Assembly: GCA_043817075.1 (NCBI GenBank) | Contig: JBDRHG010000005.1 | Span: 3,120-67,119 of the forward strand | Reading direction: 5' to 3' | DNA length: 64,000 bases | Origin: an archaeon | GTDB taxonomy: Archaea > Nanobdellota > Nanobdellia > Woesearchaeales > JAADFO01 | Shown here: positions 21,167 to 30,125 of the stretch, piece after piece | Layout of the letters: the number at the start of each line of letters is the position of its first letter | Position numbering within the stretch: position 1 is the stretch's first letter | Made by a program: the position numbers and the translations under genes | Notes under the pieces: generated by a model | The model's input: only the letters and a program-made list of their open reading frames with translations | Told to the model about the DNA's origin: nothing | Databases searched by the model: none

Positions 21167-21252
21167 CATCACACCCCCATTATCGTCATCGCGAATGAAA
21201 ACATCCACCGCGAAAAAAGAAAAGAAAAAATGTATGTATCAGACGAGAAACA

Positions 21253-21528
21253 TTATCTTTCTCTCTTAGCTGGCTTCTTCTTGGCGACTTTCTTCTTCGC
21301 CGGAGCCTTCTTCTTCACTGCCTTTTTCTTGACCGCTTTCTTCTTGACTACCTTCTTGGCAGGTTTCTTCTTAGCGACCTTCTTCTTAACCACTTTTTTC
21401 TTGGCAGGTTTCTTCTTGACAACCTTCTTCTTCACCGTCTTCTTCACCGGTTTTCTCTTTATGGGCTTCTTCTTGACAACCCTTTTCTTAACCGGTTTCC
21501 GCTTAACGGCTTTTTTCTTAGCAGCCAT
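21253..21528 (-). CDS. Histone H1/Hc2-like lysine-rich repeat protein
   Basis: 91 aa of (V/A/P)xKKK repeats, SD GAGGTGA, AT-rich promoter region. Confidence 0.75.
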   Translation of the reverse strand: MAAKKKAVKRKPVKKRVVKKKPIKRKPVKKTVKKKVVKKKPAKKKVVKKKVAKKKPAKKVVKKKAVKKKAVKKKAPAKKKVAKKKPAKRER

Positions 21529-21745
21529 GACGCTTTCACCTCTTTAAATGAATGTTTAGTGTTTCTATTGGCTACTTTATTTAAAAACTTTTCGATTTAT
21601 ATTTTATCGACGAGAGGTTTTTATCTCGAAATGAGTCATTATCAGAAAAAAAAAATCATTTCCGAGAGTGTCGATTCATAAAAGAATAATCAACCAGTTA
21701 AAAAGTCTTAATAGAATATTTCTCCTCTGAAACAAAGAGAAACCA

Positions 21746-22549
21746 TCAACCGATGTATGTAACGTCCTTTCCGAGGGTGTCCTTGTATCCCTTTAGGCCG
21801 GGGCCTGTAGACATTCCCTTGACATCGTCCTGACGTATGAGCATATTGGCTTCTATCTCCTTGACCTCTCGCTTCACACGATTGAAGTCCAAAGTGATGG
21901 AGAATTTCTTCGCGAGCACCTTGAGTTGCTCCTGCGCTCCGCGCACACCGATGAACAGCGGATGCCCTAAGGTCTCCGCGAGCAAAGCCACAGCAGACAT
22001 CTTCCGTTCAGCTGCCAGTCCGACCAATAACCCAGTGATACCGATGATGGGTCCGACGAGCCCATACAACGACGTCTGTAACTTCGTTCCCTTGACGAAG
22101 GAGTCGACGGATTCTTTGTCCGCACCTGTGCAATACACCTTCGGATGCTGAGGCGCTGATCCCAACCCTATCCCCCCTAACGTGACGACCTGTGTGCAAC
22201 CGAAGGTATTGAGCAGGTCGAGTAATGTGCCGCAGAAGGAGTACGCCGACTCCTCTGTCGCAGGTTGGACATCACCGACAAGGATGAGCAGATCCCTCTT
22301 GTTGTCCTTCGAGCGCTTGCAGAACAGACGTATGCTGGGAAGCTGGACGAGATTATGTTCGTTGACGAAGACGGAATGAGGGAGACTTGGAGAGAGAAAG
22401 TCGACGAGCGGTTTGGCCTTTGTCTCGGCGATCAGGAACTCGGCCGTGAGCTTGCCCACGTTACCGATGCCCGGCAGCCCCTCGATGAAGACAGGGTTTT
22501 TGAGAAGGGGAATGCGTTTTCGTAGGTGTTTGACGTTCCAATACATCAT
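21746..22549 (-). CDS. PAC2-family proteasome assembly chaperone-like protein
   Basis: EGLPGIGNVGK, GDVQP, TLGG; follows nop10; C-terminal YIG. Confidence 0.85.
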   Translation of the reverse strand: MMYWNVKHLRKRIPLLKNPVFIEGLPGIGNVGKLTAEFLIAETKAKPLVDFLSPSLPHSVFVNEHNLVQLPSIRLFCKRSKDNKRDLLILVGDVQPATEESAYSFCGTLLDLLNTFGCTQVVTLGGIGLGSAPQHPKVYCTGADKESVDSFVKGTKLQTSLYGLVGPIIGITGLLVGLAAERKMSAVALLAETLGHPLFIGVRGAQEQLKVLAKKFSITLDFNRVKREVKEIEANMLIRQDDVKGMSTGPGLKGYKDTLGKDVTYIG

Positions 22550-22559
22550 TGATCACCGC

Positions 22560-22739
22560 TCAGAGCAGACCTTCCTGCTCGAGAGTCTCGCGTTTGGCCG
22601 TACGGCGATACCCACCATACTTGTCCTCGGGAGAATATTTAGGCGGCTTAGACTCCTGCGTCTTTCCGCCGCACGTTGCGCATTCCTCGTGTAAGGTATA
22701 GGTGCCGCATTTCGGACAAGAGAGAATCTTTTTGGCCAT
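22560..22739 (-). CDS. nop10: H/ACA RNP protein Nop10
   Basis: Below the ORF-track cutoff; MAKKILSCPKCGTYTLHEECATCGG...PPKYSPEDKYGGYRR. Confidence 0.93.
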   Translation of the reverse strand: MAKKILSCPKCGTYTLHEECATCGGKTQESKPPKYSPEDKYGGYRRTAKRETLEQEGLL

Positions 22740-22764
22740 CGGAAAGGACCTCTATCTGGTCCGC

Positions 22765-23547
22765 TCATTCCTTTGAGCGGATGATTTTTAGTTCGCCTTT
22801 ATGTTCCTGTAGGTACGACTCGATGCAGGTCTTGAGAGCCTCGAATGTCTTCTCAGCCGACTTGTATTCCCTGTCGACGATAGAGAAGTTGTAGGCGCCT
22901 GCACCGGCATAGGTGAGCGTGAACCGTTCCCCGCCTTTCTCCATGACGAGACGCAGCGCATCCTTGATGGTCTCGACGCCATCAGGCTCGTAACTCTTGA
23001 GCTGGAACTGACCGGAGATATTTACCTCTGGAGGCTTGATACGCTGCTTGATGAGCGGAAGAATGAGCTCGCCGATCTTGGGATCGATACCCTTGTCCTT
23101 AAGCAAGGAATCATCCTCCATGACCTCTTCGAAATAGGAATAGAGCGATTCATATTCATCGGAGATCTTCTCGACAATCTCCTGGTAGACGTCCTTGGTG
23201 GGTTTCTTTATACGTTCAGCAGCGAACTCGACGATCTTCTCGGCCATCTGCTCTTGTTTGATCTCATTGACTTTCTCACGACGCTGAAAATCCGAGACCC
23301 GACGTAAGGAGAGATCTATCTGCTGACGTTCCCTATTGATCCTGAGTACCTTACAGACAACGACCTTGCCTTCTTTGACATAGTCCCGGATGTTTCGGAT
23401 ACGCCCTGGACTGACTTCAGAGATGTGGATCATACCAGACAGGTCATATTCGAGCATATTAACGAAGACAGAATTGTATTGGACGCTGGTGACTTTACAC
23501 ATCACCAGCTCCGATTCTTCGGGTAAGCCGGTCTTCGTATAGAACAT
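22765..23547 (-). CDS. eif2a: Translation initiation factor 2 alpha
   Basis: S1 domain GMIHISEVSPGRIRNIRD, IDLSLRRV; synteny. Confidence 0.93.
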   Translation of the reverse strand: MFYTKTGLPEESELVMCKVTSVQYNSVFVNMLEYDLSGMIHISEVSPGRIRNIRDYVKEGKVVVCKVLRINRERQQIDLSLRRVSDFQRREKVNEIKQEQMAEKIVEFAAERIKKPTKDVYQEIVEKISDEYESLYSYFEEVMEDDSLLKDKGIDPKIGELILPLIKQRIKPPEVNISGQFQLKSYEPDGVETIKDALRLVMEKGGERFTLTYAGAGAYNFSIVDREYKSAEKTFEALKTCIESYLQEHKGELKIIRSKE

Positions 23548-23553
23548 TTTGGT

Positions 23554-23739
23554 TTACTCAAGGACCTCAAGGATGCGGGCCTTGATTTTCGTCTTTCCGC
23601 CAGTAGGATCGGCGAGGAGCTTATCGCACACCAGGCATTTAATCCTTGAAGCGCACTTTCCGAAGACGATCTGCTCATTCTTGCATTTAGGGCACCGTAC
23701 CTTGATGAATTTCGAGGTTGGTTCAGGTATGTCGTTCAT
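23554..23739 (-). CDS. rps27e: 30S ribosomal protein S27e
   Basis: SKFIKVRCPKCKNEQIVF...CLVC...PTGGK. Confidence 0.95.
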   Translation of the reverse strand: MNDIPEPTSKFIKVRCPKCKNEQIVFGKCASRIKCLVCDKLLADPTGGKTKIKARILEVLE

Positions 23740-23772
23740 AGTTCGCACCTTGTCGAAAAGGATAAAAAAGAG

Positions 23773-24081
23773 CTACTGGAACTCCACACGCTTTGTGCGG
23801 ATGCCCCGACGCTGGGTGTGCATTTTCTTGCACTCCTTGCATTCGTAGCGGAAATCTGTCTTCTTGGTCTGTTTTGCACCAGTCATCTTGAATTTAGAGA
23901 TGGCTGGCTTGGAGTAGCGGCCCAGATTGCCAAATCCCCTTGCTAATCCTCGGAGTTTCGCTCGCACTTTTGAGCCATAACTCATGGATCTCGGCTGTTT
24001 CTTCTTGGTCGCAGCCACCTTATGCTCGTGATGGGCCTTGCAGTAAGGACAATATCTCTTGATGACTTTAGGGACCTTCAT
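23773..24081 (-). CDS. rpl44e: 50S ribosomal protein L44e
   Basis: MKVPK..RYCPYCKAH...TKK...CKEC. Confidence 0.95.
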   Translation of the reverse strand: MKVPKVIKRYCPYCKAHHEHKVAATKKKQPRSMSYGSKVRAKLRGLARGFGNLGRYSKPAISKFKMTGAKQTKKTDFRYECKECKKMHTQRRGIRTKRVEFQ

Positions 24082-24126
24082 AGTAGCTGGAGAAACGAGG
24101 TGGGGTTTATAAAGGTTTGCCTCGGG

Positions 24127-24828
24127 TCAAACACGTTCAGCCTGCTGGTTCCGCATGAGAAGATCGGCAATCTGCTGATCTATATGGATAGTTTCCCCTT
24201 TTTTTAGCGGTCCGATCACTTCCAGGTCCGGCCCGATGAATTTGGGCACGTCAATCAGCATCCGAAGAGTCAATGTATCCCCATCCGTCTCTGCGGCCCC
24301 ATCAATTGAAGAATCTTCTTGAAGGGGTTCCGGGCCCACAGCATCGGGATCCTGAGGCGCTATCGCAGACGTGGAGGACACACGTCCTGGTTGATCAGGG
24401 GTTTGAGACGGCTCAGGAGAGAGACTGAGAGCATCTGATGGCCCCAATGCCCTACTGAGGACGGCATCCCTGTGGGTCCGGAGCACAGTGATGATCTCAT
24501 CGAGCATGACCTTCTCGTCAGGGAGCAGGTTCTTGGTGTCCAAGGCCTTAGAACCGACACGAACCTGGTAGAGCGCCAGGTGGACGATTTTCTTCTCACG
24601 ACGGGTATAGAGTTCCTTGGCGAGTTTCTCAGCATTGGCGACCTGGTTATTGAGCTTATCGCACTCTCCAGGACCTTTGTCATCAGTGATGAGGGCACGC
24701 TTGCCAGTGAGGTATACTGACACCTTGCCGAAGAAGTCCGGCGACATCTCCTGTATCTCTTCCCTGCTCTTCTCCCTACGTAAGAACTCAAAGAGTATCT
24801 CGTAGGATATCTGGATGTCTTCCCCCAT
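24127..24828 (-). CDS. GINS complex subunit (Gins15-like)
   Basis: LRREK, RREKKIV, C-terminal PKFIGPDLEVIGPL domain; position upstream of L44e. Confidence 0.8.
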   Translation of the reverse strand: MGEDIQISYEILFEFLRREKSREEIQEMSPDFFGKVSVYLTGKRALITDDKGPGECDKLNNQVANAEKLAKELYTRREKKIVHLALYQVRVGSKALDTKNLLPDEKVMLDEIITVLRTHRDAVLSRALGPSDALSLSPEPSQTPDQPGRVSSTSAIAPQDPDAVGPEPLQEDSSIDGAAETDGDTLTLRMLIDVPKFIGPDLEVIGPLKKGETIHIDQQIADLLMRNQQAERV

Positions 24829-24908
24829 ATGCTTATTCGGGATATGACACGGTTTATAATGGTTCCGAAGGGCAATATTTAAGTAGGAAAGACCTTAGAG
24901 CCCGACCT

Positions 24909-26129
24909 ATGGCCATGCTCCACTTCGAGGACATCAGATTCGTCGACAGCAGAGATGAGATTGTCGTACGTCTCTACCGCAGCTTCGAATTCTCGATCCC
25001 GAAGAGTGAATTTGGCGGCCATGACATGGTCCAGGTCGACTCCGGCGATCTCGTCCTCGACATGAACGACCGTAAAGCGGACAGTCTCTTCTCCCGGCTT
25101 CTCACTAAATACTTAGGTTCCATGAAATCCACGATCAACGACAAGCCAGCGGCGTATATCCATAAGAATTCAGGCATCCCGCTCATCGGATGCATCTATT
25201 TCGGGTTGGTGGACCGTGGGACCAATGTCATCGAGGTCAAACCGTTCACAGGATGCAACCTCAATTGCATCTACTGCTCTGTCGATGAGGGCCGGATGAG
25301 CAAATGCATGCATAACTATGTCGTTGAATGGGAATACCTTGTCGAGGAGTTCGAGAAGCTCGTCAAGCACAAGGAGAGCAAGACCATCGAGGCCCACATC
25401 GCAGGTCATGCTGAGCCCACTCTCTATCCGCGCCTGGCACATCTCACCGAAGCCCTGTCGAGGATCAAGGGCGTCGAGACCGTCGCCATCGACACCAATG
25501 GCACCTTGCTCAATGAGCTGACTGTCGACACGCTCCGCGAGCATGGGCTGACGCGCGTCAATCTCTCGATAAATGCCATGGATTCTGAGCTGGCCTCCAG
25601 GATAGCTGGACAACCATACCCTATCGATCATGTCAAGAAGGTCGCCAAGCACATCAATAAACATATGTCGCTCGTGATAGCGCCGACATGGATTCCTGGC
25701 ATCAACGACGAGGAGATCCCCAAGATCATCGAGTTCGCCCTCGAACTGAAGAGGGACACAGGCAAGATGCCGGAGATCGGCATCCAGAACTTCCTCCGCT
25801 ACAAACACGGGCGGAATCCGGTGCAGTCAAGAGGTTTTGAGCATTTCTATAAGGATCTGAAGAAACTTGAGAAGCATTACAAGGTCAATCTCACCGACTT
25901 CTCGAAGATGGGATTCATCTTCGAGGATACAAAACCTCTTCCCAAACCGATGAAGAAGGATGATGTCATCGAGGGTGTTTTTGCCGTCATGGGTCGACGC
26001 CCTGGCGAGCATCTCTACACGGCCAAAGAACGGATAATCTCTGTGTTCTCCACCAAAGAACCCAAGAAACGGGCCCGACTGAGAATCATAAAGGATTCGG
26101 ACAACATCTTCATCGGGAAGATCGTCTGA
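24909..26129 (+). CDS. Radical SAM protein of unknown function, possible C-terminal TRAM-like domain
   Basis: CNLNCIYC, EPTLY, TNG motifs. Confidence 0.85.
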   Translation: MAMLHFEDIRFVDSRDEIVVRLYRSFEFSIPKSEFGGHDMVQVDSGDLVLDMNDRKADSLFSRLLTKYLGSMKSTINDKPAAYIHKNSGIPLIGCIYFGLVDRGTNVIEVKPFTGCNLNCIYCSVDEGRMSKCMHNYVVEWEYLVEEFEKLVKHKESKTIEAHIAGHAEPTLYPRLAHLTEALSRIKGVETVAIDTNGTLLNELTVDTLREHGLTRVNLSINAMDSELASRIAGQPYPIDHVKKVAKHINKHMSLVIAPTWIPGINDEEIPKIIEFALELKRDTGKMPEIGIQNFLRYKHGRNPVQSRGFEHFYKDLKKLEKHYKVNLTDFSKMGFIFEDTKPLPKPMKKDDVIEGVFAVMGRRPGEHLYTAKERIISVFSTKEPKKRARLRIIKDSDNIFIGKIV

Positions 26130-26255
26130 CATCAATCACTTTCTGAATCAGCATATCATCTCAACTATCGATTTCTTGAGAAATCTATTGCTATCGCTAT
26201 GTTCCAATCATCGACGGTAGAAAAAAGATAAAAAAAAGATAAAAAATTAAGTGAC

Positions 26256-28670
26256 TTATTCGTCACTCATGGGCTCGGGCTTCGAGACCTTGATGTCATT
26301 CGTCGCGGTCTCGGAGACCACCAGTTCACTGCCTGAGAGGTCATACTTGTCCCACTCAGCCAGCACGTTGGTCGCCCTCTTGGTATCCACAGCACCGAAG
26401 CCTGCAACGAGCAGCGCGACGTTTCCGTCGTTCTCGAAGACCTTCAGCATTGCCTTACCCTCTTCGAAGCCAGCCCAGCACTCAGCCGGGTTACCCATGA
26501 GGAGAGCAGCTGCAGAGTTCACGCAGGGTCCACCAACAACGATGGCATTCTCATTTTCCACATTCGAGACTTCCGAAGCGAGCTTGCTTGCGCTTATCGG
26601 AATGGGCACGAAAGTGGTCCTTGTCACGCCTCCGCTTGTGCTGGTGCCAGTGACTTCACTGGTCACGAAGACAGCCGCGGTGGTCTGGTCGTCGGGATAA
26701 GTGATGATGAACTTATCCTGTCCGCTGCCAGTGGAGTCGAAGAACTTCCACTTGACACCATACGGAGCGACCATGCCCTCGTACTCGTCGTCGTCAGCCA
26801 GCTTGTAGTCGGTGTATGAACCGATTCCGACGAATGACTGGGTATCCAGGTTCAGCTGCGTGTTCGTCGTGTCGTACTCGATGCCAACGGTGATGTTGTT
26901 CCTCGTCGCGCCGTCCTCTGCGGTCTCGGATGAGACTGCGAGAAGGGTCGCGTTGATGAACTCGATCTTCGCACCGAACTGCGTCGGGATGTAGGCCTGC
27001 GCTCTTGAGAAGTTCAAGTACGCAGCGTCATCTCCGTCGCCCACGATGGTGGTCGAGAAGCCGTCGACGACCAAGGTACCCGTGCCGCCAGAGTCGTAGG
27101 AGACATCGTAGATGTCGCCGGTTCCGACGTCCTTGAGCCTGTACAGATCGTCAGCGTTCTGCACGCTCTTGAACTGCAGGATACGCGCATAGCCGGTGTC
27201 CGTACCGTCGCCGATGATGACAAACTCCTCATCGTTGACTGGTGTGGCCGGAGCGGTTATCATGTCCCTGTCGTTCGATCCAGAGCGCTCACCAAGGAAG
27301 GGTGTGCCGCCGCTGTTGCCGAAGACCGCCTGGTTGTACTCGACTCCAGCCTTGGTCACGAACTTCAACTTATAATTGTTCGAACCGCTGGGGCGGAGCT
27401 CGATGGCTTCGGTGTTGGTCTCCTGAAGGCCTTTGTACACGATGTCGAAGCCACTCGCGAAGACATTGCCGTCATCGCCCTCGACCAGGTCCGCGACCTC
27501 TGAGAGGCCCTTACCTGAGGGGATGTACAACATGCTGCCCGGTGTGTAGCTGACTTCGATTCCGCTGATCATCACATCATTACCGTCAGCGATACCGCCA
27601 TCGGAGCTTGATGTGATGTCGACCACGACATTGGCCAGGGTGTCTGAGCCCACTTGGACCGTGCCGTCGCCACCGGTGACGTTCGTCGCGGTGTCGGTAA
27701 GCACAATCTTCTTGGCGCCCAGGTAGAAGGTGACGATATCTGAACCGCCCTCTTCAGTACCCTCGTTCTCGAGCAGGTCTCGGATACCGATCTCGGAGCC
27801 GTCATCAAGCACGTAGGTCTCGCCTGCCGCCAGCGGATCAGTGATCTCGCCGTTGACGCGGAACTTGACCTGAAGTGTCGTGATGGCAACGACTTCGACC
27901 TTGTATTCCTTTCCACCGATGGTGTAGGTCTTGGTGGTGTACTCCTCCATGGTGTCCTCGACAGCGCCGCCCATGAGGGTCAGCTTGATGTTGTACACGC
28001 CCTGGTGGTCAGCGCGGACGACGGTGTACTCCTTGCCGAGCATCTTGATCTTCTTGTTCTCAAGATCCTCAAGCCTATCGTTAGCGTCGTTGTCTGACTT
28101 CAGCGCAGGTGTGAAGGACAGCTTGTAGGTGTACGCAGGGCTCTGATTGAAGACCAGATAATCCTTCGGGATGTCCAGATCCTCATCCGGCTCTGACTGT
28201 GACTTCATCCAGCTGACGTTAGCACCCATGGGCAGTTCGATGTACTGCGTATAGGTAAACGTGCCGAACTCATTTCGCACAGAACCGGATTTCAGCGCCT
28301 CAAGGTTGGTTGACGTAATCGACGTGATGCCGGTATGCCTCAAGTTCTCGGAAAGCTCCAATTTATTGGTGCTCTGCTCGATCTTGTAAGCGTCGCCCTG
28401 TACCTCGATCGTATTTGCAGATGACACAACCTCAGTCTTGACCGCTGCTCTCTGCAGACTGGCCATGATATTGGTAGCGCCAATAATGTCCTCAGCCTTA
28501 GCGTCGTTTCCGACTACCACGATGCCGTTAAAAGCACCATCCTCACCGATGAACATCGGTTTGGGGTAGTCAGAAAGGTCGGCAGCCATGGCTCCGAACA
28601 TCGTCGCACCCAGCATACCAGCTCCGGTAGCTAGAGCAACAATTTTCTTAATTGCCTTTCTTACCCTCAT
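26256..28670 (-). CDS. S-layer protein
   Basis: Signal peptide KKIVALATGAGMLGATMFGAMAADLSDYP; acidic/Thr-rich; C-terminal IVVGGPCVN and LLVAG of the Methanococcales-type family. Confidence 0.88.
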   Translation of the reverse strand: MRVRKAIKKIVALATGAGMLGATMFGAMAADLSDYPKPMFIGEDGAFNGIVVVGNDAKAEDIIGATNIMASLQRAAVKTEVVSSANTIEVQGDAYKIEQSTNKLELSENLRHTGITSITSTNLEALKSGSVRNEFGTFTYTQYIELPMGANVSWMKSQSEPDEDLDIPKDYLVFNQSPAYTYKLSFTPALKSDNDANDRLEDLENKKIKMLGKEYTVVRADHQGVYNIKLTLMGGAVEDTMEEYTTKTYTIGGKEYKVEVVAITTLQVKFRVNGEITDPLAAGETYVLDDGSEIGIRDLLENEGTEEGGSDIVTFYLGAKKIVLTDTATNVTGGDGTVQVGSDTLANVVVDITSSSDGGIADGNDVMISGIEVSYTPGSMLYIPSGKGLSEVADLVEGDDGNVFASGFDIVYKGLQETNTEAIELRPSGSNNYKLKFVTKAGVEYNQAVFGNSGGTPFLGERSGSNDRDMITAPATPVNDEEFVIIGDGTDTGYARILQFKSVQNADDLYRLKDVGTGDIYDVSYDSGGTGTLVVDGFSTTIVGDGDDAAYLNFSRAQAYIPTQFGAKIEFINATLLAVSSETAEDGATRNNITVGIEYDTTNTQLNLDTQSFVGIGSYTDYKLADDDEYEGMVAPYGVKWKFFDSTGSGQDKFIITYPDDQTTAAVFVTSEVTGTSTSGGVTRTTFVPIPISASKLASEVSNVENENAIVVGGPCVNSAAALLMGNPAECWAGFEEGKAMLKVFENDGNVALLVAGFGAVDTKRATNVLAEWDKYDLSGSELVVSETATNDIKVSKPEPMSDE

Positions 28671-28750
28671 TGTCGCACCTCCATTTATTACACAAACAAA
28701 TTGTGTAAAAATGAAATTTCTTGTTGTTTTACTTCTGTTTTATCTGTTTA

Positions 28751-28873
28751 AGTCGAGTTCGTCGCTGCGTAGCATTCGGAATAGCGTTTGGACACTAGTC
28801 CGATAGCCGTTAGGCGTATCAGTACTCGACTCTGGTCGTTTACGTATGCGTTAACTTGTTTATAAAGTTTTCG
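28751..28873 (-). promoter_or_regulatory. S-layer promoter and structured 5' leader
   Basis: CGAAAAC TTTATAAA at 28859-28873; 8-bp IR 28751-28758/28824-28831 enclosing hairpins. Confidence 0.55.
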
Positions 28874-29091
28874 CAAGATCAGAATAGCTGAAACTCTCGA
28901 ATTCACATGGAAGGCGCCACGAGGACGAATTGAGTATACTGAACAAGTCATCACTTGAAAATAGGAACTAAGAGAATATTTAAACAATCCGACCATCTTT
29001 TTTATACCCCCCTATGCATAAGATAACCGTATGAGGACATCATATATATCCAGTTTTATGGTTGACGATTTTGAAAATGTAGCAAAAATAA

Positions 29092-29135
29092 GTGGGCTGG
29101 AGCGAAGCTCCACCCACCTGTTTTCCCCAGGTTTT
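29092..29135 (-). repeat. tRNA-Leu-associated structured motif, copy C
   Basis: AAAACCTGGG GAAAACAG GTGGGTGG AGC TTC GCT CC A GCCCAC. Confidence 0.8.
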
Positions 29136-29218
29136 TATTAAAAGGCTGCGGGGGAAGACAGCGGAAACCCTTCGGCTTCCCGGGCCTTCCCTTCCGAATC
29201 TTTTCCTGTGCGGACGTA

Positions 29219-29262
29219 GTGGGCTGGCCTGAAAGGCCACCCACTTCCTTTTCCCAGGTTTT
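29219..29262 (-). repeat. tRNA-Leu-associated structured motif, copy B
   Basis: AAAACCTGGG AAAAGGAA GTGGGTGG CCT TTC AGG CC A GCCCAC. Confidence 0.8.
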
Positions 29263-29273
29263 CTGTGAAAAGC

Positions 29274-29357
29274 TGCGGGGGAAGGGATTCGAACCCTCGT
29301 AAGCACTAAGCTAGCAGGTCCTAAGCCTGTCCCGTTTGACCGCTCCGGCACCCCCGC
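29274..29357 (-). tRNA. tRNA-Leu(TAG)
   Basis: GCGGGGG acceptor, CT-TAG-GA anticodon loop, long variable arm, GGTTCGAATCC. Confidence 0.95.
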
Positions 29358-29371
29358 CTTGTTGATTTGCC

Positions 29372-29417
29372 GCGGGCTGGAACTCAGAGTTCCGCCCACA
29401 TCAGATTCCCAGGTTTT
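29372..29417 (-). repeat. tRNA-Leu-associated structured motif, copy A
   Basis: AAAACCTGGG AATCTGAT GTGGGCGG AACT CTG AGTT CC A GCCCGC. Confidence 0.8.
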
Positions 29418-29552
29418 GAAAATAGCTTCTCCGACACCACCACGTACGAATGTGGCTATTGACCGGAGAGATGTTCGCCATCATATTGATGTATATATAG
29501 ATTGCGTATGAAAGACAATATAAAATTGAGCCCGATGAGGGCTAGAAACGAT

Positions 29553-29714
29553 TCAATCCTGCCAGTTATAGCCACGACGTCGCGCGCTGTTGCCGTAGCC
29601 GCAGGATGAACATACGCTGTCACGCATGTGATAGCTCTTTTTTCCGCAGCGTCGACAATAGATATGGCTTTTCTTGCCCGAACGCTTGCCCATGGATGGA
29701 GTTCCTTTGGTCAT
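29553..29714 (-). CDS. rpl37e: 50S ribosomal protein L37e
   Basis: Below cutoff; [11 protein letters not shown]...[13 protein letters not shown]...CSSCGYG; follows Lsm. Confidence 0.95.
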   Translation of the reverse strand: MTKGTPSMGKRSGKKSHIYCRRCGKKSYHMRDSVCSSCGYGNSARRRGYNWQD

Positions 29715-29749
29715 TAGAGATCAACTCAAAAAGATAAGAGATAAAAAAA

Positions 29750-29974
29750 TCAGGTCGGAGAAATCATGATGATGGTGTCTCCGCGAAGGAACACCTGCCC
29801 CAGCTTTCTCTTCAGCTGGCCATCTTCATGCTCCTCTGCCTCCTCGAGGACGACGTTGATATGAATATCGAAAGAGATGAGCTTACCGACGAATTGTTTG
29901 TGATTCTTCAGTTCTACGATAACCCGTTTATTCCTGGCCCGGTTCAATGCATCCAGCGGTCTTGAAGCTTCCAT
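29750..29974 (-). CDS. Sm-like protein (SmAP1/Lsm)
   Basis: RPLDAL, GKLISFDIHINVVL, FLRGD; Lsm-L37e synteny. Confidence 0.93.
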   Translation of the reverse strand: MEASRPLDALNRARNKRVIVELKNHKQFVGKLISFDIHINVVLEEAEEHEDGQLKRKLGQVFLRGDTIIMISPT

Positions 29975-30125
29975 TGCGTATAACACCTCAAATAAAACAA
30001 TGGTCCGCAGGAATGAGGGGGCCTTTATAAATCTTTTGCATGGAACAAGCGCATGAAGCCTCCTCGCAGCATCGTAAAAAATAAAAACATGCTGGCTCCC
30101 GGTTCGGCCAAGAGGTGATTTTCAC

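Noticed and set aside
21143..21547. Phe-rich 134-aa plus-strand ORF
   Set aside because: Antisense image of the Lys-rich gene, which has the SD and promoter.
22553..22768. 71-aa minus-strand ORF
   Set aside because: Wrong frame; Nop10 (22560-22739) is the real gene.
29040..29399. 119-aa and 62-aa ORFs
   Set aside because: They overlap tRNA-Leu and the structured repeats.
29092..29417. CRISPR mini-array, or theta/HDV-like ribozyme after the tRNA
   Set aside because: The repeats vary internally, a tRNA sits between them and there are no cas genes. I could not build a consistent HDV double pseudoknot across the copies.
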